Source of the DNA: Pseudomonadota bacterium
Lineage (GTDB): Bacteria > Pseudomonadota > Gammaproteobacteria > Steroidobacterales > MnTg04
Direction of reading: 5' to 3'
Length of the DNA: 64,000 nt
NCBI GenBank assembly: GCA_022572885.1
Contig: JACZVC010000002.1
Coordinates: 63,135 to 127,134, forward strand
The position numbers were made by a program, and so were the translations under genes. This document shows, piece by piece, positions 30,449-37,121 of the stretch (position 1 is the stretch's first letter; every line of letters starts with the position of its first letter). The notes under the pieces were generated by a model that saw nothing but the letters and a program-made list of their open reading frames with translations, made no database searches and was not told where the DNA came from.

Positions 30449-31804
30449 ATGTCATTGTCTGATCTGGTACTGGAAATCAACGATATCGGTCTTGCTGTCA
30501 GCGATGGCAAGCGAACGCTGTTGTACAGCCCGGCTTGCGCGCTGCTTGACGGCAATCATATCGTGGTCGGCAAGGAGGCAATTGCTAACTCCAGGCTCAG
30601 GCCGTTGTGGACCAACAACCGTTTCTGGAGCCGCCTCGACCAGGAGCCACTGGCAAACCCATCGGGTCGTTTCCAGACCAATGCGGATCTGGCGCACGCG
30701 CATCTCGAACATATCTGGCATGAGCTGAGCAGACCTGCGGATAGCCGACTGGTCATCGTGGTTCCGAGCACCTGGGATCAGGCGCAGATGGGCTTGTTGC
30801 TGGGGATTACCGCGGATCTGAATATTCCGGTCAGCGGGATGGTCGATTCCGCGGTTGCGGCTGGCGTGTCCCTGGACCCGGATGTTCCGGGTTTGCACCT
30901 CGATCTGCAACAGGGAAAATTTGTACTGACTGAATTGGAGGGCGGTCCGCAGCTTTCGCGTAAGAGTGTTTTCGTCGTCTGCGAAACAGGACTGTCCGCG
31001 ATCAGGGATGCCTGGGCCGATATTATCGCCGACGTTTTTGTTCGCCAGACCCGCTTCGATCCCATGCATGTAGCCAGGACCGAGCAACAACTATTCAACA
31101 AGCTGGATGGCTGGCTGGCCGATATCGAAGCACAGGGAAGCGCGGCCCTGGAAATGAACGCGGGTGAAAAATCCTATACCGTGCAGTTGACCGGCGATCA
31201 GCTTTTGCCGGCGAGTTTGTCCGTCTATCCGCAAATCGTTCAGCAAATCAGGCCCCGGGCCAAGGGCATACTTGCGCTCAGCCATCGGCTGGCTGATTTC
31301 CCTGGCCTGAAGGACAGTCTTGCCCTGATCGCTGGTCTTGAGCTCAGATGGCTGGATGAAAGTGCGGCAGCGCGAGGGGCGCTTGCCCAGACCGCCGTAT
31401 ATGCGGCGGATCCGGATACGCAGGACGTCACTTTCCTGACCAGCCTGCCGCTAGCTGCGGACTCTTCGAGCGCAAACGCCTCCGTGGCGCATGATTTATT
31501 ACCGAGCCACCTTCTGTATCGTGCGCGCGCCTATCCCCTGGACAAGGGGCCGCTGGTGCTTGGGGCAGACCCAAAATCCTCCTCTGACAGGACGATCACG
31601 CTGGTCGGCATACTGGATGGCGTGTCCCGGCAGCATTGCACGATAGAACAGGTGAACGGGCGGACCAGGGTCGAAGATCATTCAAGTTACGGGACCTTTG
31701 TCAATGACCGAGCGGTTAATGGTTCCGCGGATCTGGTCCTCGGCGATGTCATTCGCATGGGCTCTCCGGGCGAAACCGCGCAACTGATTGGCCTGAGCAA
31801 ATAA
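30449..31804 (+). CDS. Cytoplasmic protein: degenerate Hsp70/actin-fold N-terminal region + canonical C-terminal FHA domain
   Basis: The FHA domain reads [41 protein letters not shown]...LGDVIRMG (SRxH and S-x-x-GT-x-VN motifs). The N-terminus is collinear with Hsp70 NBD landmarks but has lost the Gly-rich phosphate loops. [12 protein letters not shown] corresponds to [50 protein letters not shown] corresponds to [39 protein letters not shown] corresponds to VFDLGGGTFDVSIL. Confidence 0.65.
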   Translation: [451 protein letters not shown]

Positions 31805-31805
31805 A

Positions 31806-32903
31806 ATGGCGCGACGGAAGAGACCGGTCAATGTATTCAATCTGGCCTTTCTGGATGTGATGTCGTGCGGCTTTGGAGCGGTCATCCTGGTTTTCCTGAT
31901 CATCAATCATTCGACCGAGAGGAACAAAGCAGAGGTCAACGTCGAGTTGTTGTCAGAGGTCGAGCGAATCGAAGAGCAGATTCTCGAGGGGGATGAATAT
32001 CTTATCCAGGTCAAGAACACCGTCAAGATTCTGCAACAGAAGAACACGGCTACCGATGGTCTTGCCGATACTGTCGAGGACAACCTGCAAAAAATTCGCG
32101 TGGAACTCGCGAGACTCGATCAGGATTCCCTCGCGGCCGAGGACAGCATCAACAAATTGAAGTCGGATCTGCAGGCACAGGAAGTGGAACGCCGCCGGCT
32201 CGAAGGGGGCGTTGAAGAGGGTGAGCGCAAAGGTGAGAATATTCGCTCTTTCATAGGCGAAGGCAACCGTCAGTATCTGACCGGGATGCAGATGGGCGGG
32301 CAGCGGGTGCTGATTCTCCTCGACGCGTCGGCGAGTATGCTCGATGAGACTATCGTCAATGTCATACGCCGCAGAAACATGCGCACGGAACAAAAACTCG
32401 CTGCGAGAAAGTGGCGCAGGGCGGTCAGGACAGTGGACTGGCTGGCGGCACAGATTCCACCCGGCAGCCAGTTTCAAATCTATACCTTTAACACGGCTGC
32501 GACCCCGCTGGTCGAAGGGACCCGCGGCCGCTGGCTGGCCGCGGGAGACGGCAGCGATCTTAACCGTGCGGTCGAGAACCTGGGTCATGTGGTGCCCGAA
32601 AAAGGCACCAGCCTGCACGCGGCGTTTCAGGTGATTAATTCGCTGAGCCCGCGCCCCGACAACGTATTCTTGCTGGTCGATGGCCTGCCGACCCAGGGCG
32701 AAAATATCAAGAAGCAAGGGGTCGTTACCGGCAGGCAGCGGGAACGATTGTTCAGGCGGGCCCTGCGTATCTTGCCCGCCAATATTCCGGTTAATGTCAT
32801 ATTGTTTCCGATGGAGGGCGACCCGGCCGCTGCCTCCGAATACTGGCAACTGGCGCAGGTAACCAGTGGCTCGTTTCTGAGTCCGTCACGAGACTGGCCG
32901 TAG
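31806..32903 (+). CDS. ExbD/TolR-like N-terminal TM segment - coiled coil - vWA domain protein (1 of 2)
   Basis: The N-terminus MARRKRPVNVFNLAFLDVMSCGFGAVILVFLII resembles ExbD INVTPFIDVMLVLLIIF and TolR INIVPLLDVLLVLLLIF, including the TM Asp. About 120 aa of heptad-rich sequence follows. The vWA domain has an intact MIDAS start, RVLILLDASASM (DxSxS). Starts 1 nt after the previous stop. Confidence 0.72.
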   Translation: MARRKRPVNVFNLAFLDVMSCGFGAVILVFLIINHSTERNKAEVNVELLSEVERIEEQILEGDEYLIQVKNTVKILQQKNTATDGLADTVEDNLQKIRVELARLDQDSLAAEDSINKLKSDLQAQEVERRRLEGGVEEGERKGENIRSFIGEGNRQYLTGMQMGGQRVLILLDASASMLDETIVNVIRRRNMRTEQKLAARKWRRAVRTVDWLAAQIPPGSQFQIYTFNTAATPLVEGTRGRWLAAGDGSDLNRAVENLGHVVPEKGTSLHAAFQVINSLSPRPDNVFLLVDGLPTQGENIKKQGVVTGRQRERLFRRALRILPANIPVNVILFPMEGDPAAASEYWQLAQVTSGSFLSPSRDWP

Positions 32904-32913
32904 GAGGGCTGGT

Positions 32914-33915
32914 ATGCGCAAGCGCAAATACACAGAAGGAATCAGCATCGCTTTTCTCGATGTCATCGCTTGCGGATTTGGCGCGGTAATCCTGATGCTG
33001 ATCCTGACCAAGGTTTTTGAGCCGATCATCATTGAAGAAACCGCGATAGAACTGGTGGGCGTACTCGAGGAAAAGGAACGCCGGCTTTACGATATTCGCG
33101 GCGAGACCAGCATCCTCAATCGCGAGATGATTTCGCGCGAGGACCAGTTGTCGGTCGCGCGGCAACGCCTTGCACGCCTACAGGCGGAACTGTCGGAAAT
33201 CCAGGGGCGGTTTGTCGCATCCAGCCAGGATGCCGAGATAAGCAATATTATCGAGGGCAAGCTGGCCGCTGCGCGGCAGTCCCTGACCGCGGAGATGAGG
33301 CGCCTGCTGGTTCAATACAACGAAATAAAAGACAACAACGTGATCGGCGGGATTCCGATCGATAGCGAATACATTATTTTCATTATTGACACATCCGGGA
33401 GCATGTATAACTACGCTTGGCCCCTGATGCTGGAAAAGGTACGCGAAACGCTGGAAGTTTATCCCCAGGTCAAGGGCATACAGGTCATGAACGACATGGG
33501 GCAGTTCATGTTCAGCCGCTATGCGGGCAAATGGATTCCGGACACGCCGGGGCGGCGGCGCGCGATCATCGAGCGGCTGCGCACCTGGAATGCGTTTAGC
33601 AACTCGAGTCCTGTCGAAGGCATCACCAAGGCAATCGCAACCTTCTATGCGCCCGACAAGAAAATCAGCCTGTATGTGTTGGGCGACGAGTTTACCGGTC
33701 GTTCGATCGACGCGGTACTAAAGACCATCCGCGTGATCAATCGGCGGGGCCGCGATGGAAAAAGGCTGGTTCGAATCCATGCGATCGGTTTCCCGGTTCA
33801 ATTCATCAGGCCGGCGCATTTGCAAACCACGGGCATAAGGTTTGCTACGTTGATGCGCCTGATGTGCGAACAAAATGGAGGCACATTTGTGGGCCTGCCC
33901 GATCACCGGACTTGA
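32914..33915 (+). CDS. ExbD/TolR-like N-terminal TM segment - coiled coil - vWA domain protein (2 of 2)
   Basis: The N-terminus is MRKRKYTEGISIAFLDVIACGFGAVILMLILT (same FLDV motif). A coiled-coil region follows, then a vWA domain with YIIFIIDTSGSMYN (DxSxS). RBS aggaggg lies 5 nt upstream. Confidence 0.72.
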   Translation: MRKRKYTEGISIAFLDVIACGFGAVILMLILTKVFEPIIIEETAIELVGVLEEKERRLYDIRGETSILNREMISREDQLSVARQRLARLQAELSEIQGRFVASSQDAEISNIIEGKLAAARQSLTAEMRRLLVQYNEIKDNNVIGGIPIDSEYIIFIIDTSGSMYNYAWPLMLEKVRETLEVYPQVKGIQVMNDMGQFMFSRYAGKWIPDTPGRRRAIIERLRTWNAFSNSSPVEGITKAIATFYAPDKKISLYVLGDEFTGRSIDAVLKTIRVINRRGRDGKRLVRIHAIGFPVQFIRPAHLQTTGIRFATLMRLMCEQNGGTFVGLPDHRT

Positions 33916-33918
33916 TTG

Positions 33919-35001
33919 TTAATCTGACAACAGTTGGTCCAGTATCGCCGTAACCTGTTTTAGCTGGATCCGGTCCATCGCTTTTGGCGAATGAATTCTC
34001 ATGCCCCATCTGGCCTCTGCTACCGAGAGTCCATACTCCGCCTGCAGTGCGTCACGGTATTCGTTGATCAACCACTTTCTGCTGAGGTATGGCGCTGCAC
34101 GGTCGGGGTTGGTCGATGCGAACAAGCCGATAACCGGTGTGCCAACCGCCGTTGCCATGTGCCCGGGTCCGGAATCCGGGCATATCAACGTACTTGCCCT
34201 GGTGAGGATCGCCAGCAATTGACGCAGAGTAGTTTGGCCGACCAGGTTCACCGGCTTGGTTCTGCATTCGCCAACAATCGTTGCGGCCATCGCTTTTTCC
34301 GCTGCTGAGTTTCCACCGCTCAGAATCACTGTAGCCTGCCAGTGATCGGCGGCATGATCGGCAACGGCTGCATATCGTTCGGGCAGCCAGTTGCGATGGT
34401 TCAGTCTTCGGCCTCGCAGCATGCTGCTGCATGGAGAAATCACGACGGACGGTCGATCAGCGGGGATTAACTTTTCAGCAAACCCAAGTTCCTCAGCAGA
34501 CAAGGGAATATCCCAGCGCATCGAGCGTCCTGTTATGCCCAATGTTTCGGCAAACCCGAAGAACGAATCCATGACATGTTGCCGGTTGCGGGCTTTTATT
34601 TGCTCCTTGGTAAATAGCCATTGCAGGTCTCTTGCCCTGGCTCGATCGAAGCCCAGACGCCGATCGGACTTCACCTGCGCGCTTGCCAGATTGGCTCGCA
34701 TCGATGGATGCATGTGCAACAACAGATCGAATCGTCTATTTATGAGCTTTCGACGAAGTTGGCGTAAGCCATTGAAACCTTGAGATTTATCTATAACCAG
34801 AAATTCAATATCCGGGATACTGCCCAGCAGGCCGAATTCTGTACCGCCGATGATCCAGGTGAACCGGGTATGCGGCCAGGCATCCTGCAGCGTACGAATG
34901 ACGGGCAATGCGTGACAACAATCACCGAGCGCCGAGAGTCTGACGATGCAGACAGTCGCCGGCACCATTGCCGAATTGCCGCTGCGGGATTTTACCGGCA
35001 T
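33919..35001 (-). CDS. Glycosyltransferase family 9 (LPS heptosyltransferase-like)
   Basis: VCIVRLSALGDCCHALPVIRTL..., ...SGGNSAAEKA..., ...LICPDSGPGHMATAVGTPVIGLF are typical GT9 landmarks. The ATG at 35001 overlaps the upstream stop (TAATG on the minus strand). An alternative ATG exists at 34968. Confidence 0.8.
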   Translation of the reverse strand: MPVKSRSGNSAMVPATVCIVRLSALGDCCHALPVIRTLQDAWPHTRFTWIIGGTEFGLLGSIPDIEFLVIDKSQGFNGLRQLRRKLINRRFDLLLHMHPSMRANLASAQVKSDRRLGFDRARARDLQWLFTKEQIKARNRQHVMDSFFGFAETLGITGRSMRWDIPLSAEELGFAEKLIPADRPSVVISPCSSMLRGRRLNHRNWLPERYAAVADHAADHWQATVILSGGNSAAEKAMAATIVGECRTKPVNLVGQTTLRQLLAILTRASTLICPDSGPGHMATAVGTPVIGLFASTNPDRAAPYLSRKWLINEYRDALQAEYGLSVAEARWGMRIHSPKAMDRIQLKQVTAILDQLLSD

Positions 35002-36251
35002 TACTCAGCCAAAAATTCTGCCAGGGACAAGCGGGCCGTCAGCACGCGTGACGGCTCGCCGATTTCAGTCCACGCAAACAGCAAGTCACTGCCGGCGCGC
35101 AGCATATGCGGGAAGCCGGAGGAACGCTGGCTGCTGGTCAGGGCAATCTCTTGTGGCTCACCGAGTTCGCCGTTGTGTGCCACGGTTCTGATTTTCAACG
35201 CGGCTTTTCCGTTATCCAGATCATCGAGCCAACTGACCACCGCAAGCCCATCGGCTACCCAACTGACATCCACGCGCCCCAGCGCCGCCCCACTGCTGAT
35301 CGTGACCGCTTCGGAGAAATGCTTGCCGCCGTCGCCGGAGAACGCCAGCCTGACTTGCCTGACATTGCCGGCGCCGGTAAACCAGGCTACGGCCAGCTTG
35401 TCGTTTCGACTATCGATCGCCGGTCCGTTGACCGGGCAACCGGCGATTTGCCAGCCGTCTTTTGCCACCAAGGCGGGTTCGCTCCAGCCACTCTCGGTCA
35501 GCCGGATAATGCTTATGTCGCGGTTCTCGTTCCGGTCCCGGTCACGATAAACCACGGCCACGCCGTTGCTCAGATTTGCCAGGTCGGTCTGGCAGCAATC
35601 GCAAATGAGAGAGTCCAGTTCGATCGATTCAAGGACCTGGCCGCCGCCATCGATCGTGGCCCAACGCAGGGTCATGCCGTTGCTCGCAGCCTCGCCGACC
35701 GACCCGCTCATGTGGTGGCCTCCTGCCTGAGCGGTTTTCCGTCCGTCCAACCAGACCGCGCCGAGAGTTTCGCCCAGCACGGTCATGCTGACAAAACCGT
35801 GTTCGGTCGGGGTGCCGTCATCGTGTGGACTGATCGCGGGTTGCCAGTTCACGCCGTCGCTGGACAATGCAATCTTGACGTCATAGGCATAGGGTCCCCC
35901 GGGCCGTTTTTGCAGCCATTGGGCGGCCCAGAAATCGTTGCCGATGCGGGTTACCGATGGAAAATCTGCCCAGTTGACGAACCAGTCGTCACCGCTTGCC
36001 ACCGTCCGCGGCCGGGACCAGGCCATATCTTCATACACCGAGTAGCGCAGCGTGGCCTTGGCGGCGGTCGATTCGAGCCAGCTTAGAACGATCGTTTCAG
36101 CGGCGCCGGCCTGAAGATGCGGCACCGCGCTGCCAGCGGCGGCGGGCGATTCGATCGGCAGGACTTGCCATTTTTGCCCCGGCGCCTCGCCGGTGCAGGC
36201 CCCCATGGAAAGGGCCAGGAGCAAGATGGTTAATGGATTTCTTGAGCGCAT
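35001..36251 (-). CDS. BNR/Asp-box (sialidase-fold beta-propeller) lipoprotein
   Basis: The ATG at 36251 gives MRSRNPLTILLLALSMGAC (lipobox). Asp-box-like motifs are SSDGVNW and SGDGGKHF, with W/G-rich propeller-like repeats. Family assignment is moderate. Confidence 0.6.
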   Translation of the reverse strand: MRSRNPLTILLLALSMGACTGEAPGQKWQVLPIESPAAAGSAVPHLQAGAAETIVLSWLESTAAKATLRYSVYEDMAWSRPRTVASGDDWFVNWADFPSVTRIGNDFWAAQWLQKRPGGPYAYDVKIALSSDGVNWQPAISPHDDGTPTEHGFVSMTVLGETLGAVWLDGRKTAQAGGHHMSGSVGEAASNGMTLRWATIDGGGQVLESIELDSLICDCCQTDLANLSNGVAVVYRDRDRNENRDISIIRLTESGWSEPALVAKDGWQIAGCPVNGPAIDSRNDKLAVAWFTGAGNVRQVRLAFSGDGGKHFSEAVTISSGAALGRVDVSWVADGLAVVSWLDDLDNGKAALKIRTVAHNGELGEPQEIALTSSQRSSGFPHMLRAGSDLLFAWTEIGEPSRVLTARLSLAEFLAE

Positions 36252-36474
36252 CCGGATTCCCCGCGACAATGACCGACACAGGCAGTATCCTAGCAAAGAG
36301 CGATGGCGAAACGAACAATCTCACGTGCGGGTCGGTGGCCCGCCATTCGATAAGGCATTTTCCCACGGGCTTTCCATGCTTGTGCCGGGGGCAAAAGCGG
36401 GGAGATAGAGGATTAATTGGAAACTGATTTTTGCGGGTGGCATTGTTTACTATGCCGGTGCCTGGTTAGTCGCA

Positions 36475-36861
36475 ATGATCAGTGGCCCGCTGATTCACGA
36501 GGGCGTGCTCGACGAATTGTACAAGGCGCACGCACAGTTCTGGCGACCCGAACTGAACCAGGAGCCACCCGATTTGGCGGCCCTGATGCCGCGCTGGATC
36601 GCCACCGGGCTGATTGGCTCATTTCTCATTGCGGGCGTTTATGGCGTGGTTCGCTCATCCTTTGACGGCGCTGGTTGGCTTAAAGGCCTCAAGTACGGAT
36701 TGGTTTTGTTCCTGATCAGCATATCCTTAGCGCTGGGCTGGTCCGGCGTATTCAATCTTCCCGATGAACTCTGGGTCTGGTGGACATTGGAGTCCCTGTT
36801 TTATTTCCTCGTCGGCGGCATGGCGCTAGGCTGGTTTGCGGATAAATACGCTGCCGCTTGA
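36475..36861 (+). CDS. Hypothetical small membrane protein
   Basis: At least three hydrophobic helices. The open frame continues upstream as KLIFAGGIVYYAGAWLVA with no canonical start, so the true start may be a non-ATG codon upstream of 36475. Confidence 0.5.
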   Translation: MISGPLIHEGVLDELYKAHAQFWRPELNQEPPDLAALMPRWIATGLIGSFLIAGVYGVVRSSFDGAGWLKGLKYGLVLFLISISLALGWSGVFNLPDELWVWWTLESLFYFLVGGMALGWFADKYAAA

Positions 36862-36922
36862 AACCGCTGCCCGCGGTGCGGACGGATTGTTTTCTTCTGT
36901 TTCTCTTCCTGATAAGAGAAAT

Positions 36923-37009
36923 TGGTGCCCAGGGCGAGACTCGAACTCGCACATCCGTAAGGACACGGCGACCTGAACGCCGCGCGTCTACCAATTCCGC
37001 CACCTGGGC
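36923..37009 (-). tRNA. tRNA-Leu (anticodon CAG), class II with long variable arm, CCA encoded
   Basis: The reverse complement reads GCCCAGGTGGCGGAATTGGTAGACGCGCGGCGTTCAGGTCGCCGTGTCCTTACGGATGTGCGAGTTCGAGTCTCGCCCTGGGCACCA. The acceptor stem GCCCAGG/CCTGGGC pairs. The anticodon loop is TTCAGGT. The T-arm is GCGAGTTCGAGTCTCGC. Confidence 0.93.
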
Positions 37010-37121
37010 AGGCAGGGCTGGCGCGATGCGCCAGCAAATGAGGCGCGCACTTTAATGCAAGCGCCAAATACTTGTCAATCGGTCGGTAGATTGTCACGCT
37101 ACCGTCAAGCAGGGAGTGCGG

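Noticed and set aside
21396-33915. Possible type VI secretion locus, because of the kinase/FHA/FGE/vWA/lipoprotein content
   Set aside because: No T6SS structural genes (sheath TssB/C, Hcp, VgrG, baseplate, TssJLM, ClpV) occur anywhere in the 64 kb. Only the regulatory-type domains are present.
36862-37115. tRNA-Leu flank as an integrative-element junction (integrase, att repeats)
   Set aside because: No integrase, recombinase or transposase ORF lies in the adjacent 26 kb. I could not spot a duplicated tRNA 3' segment by eye. The island idea is kept only as a synteny observation.
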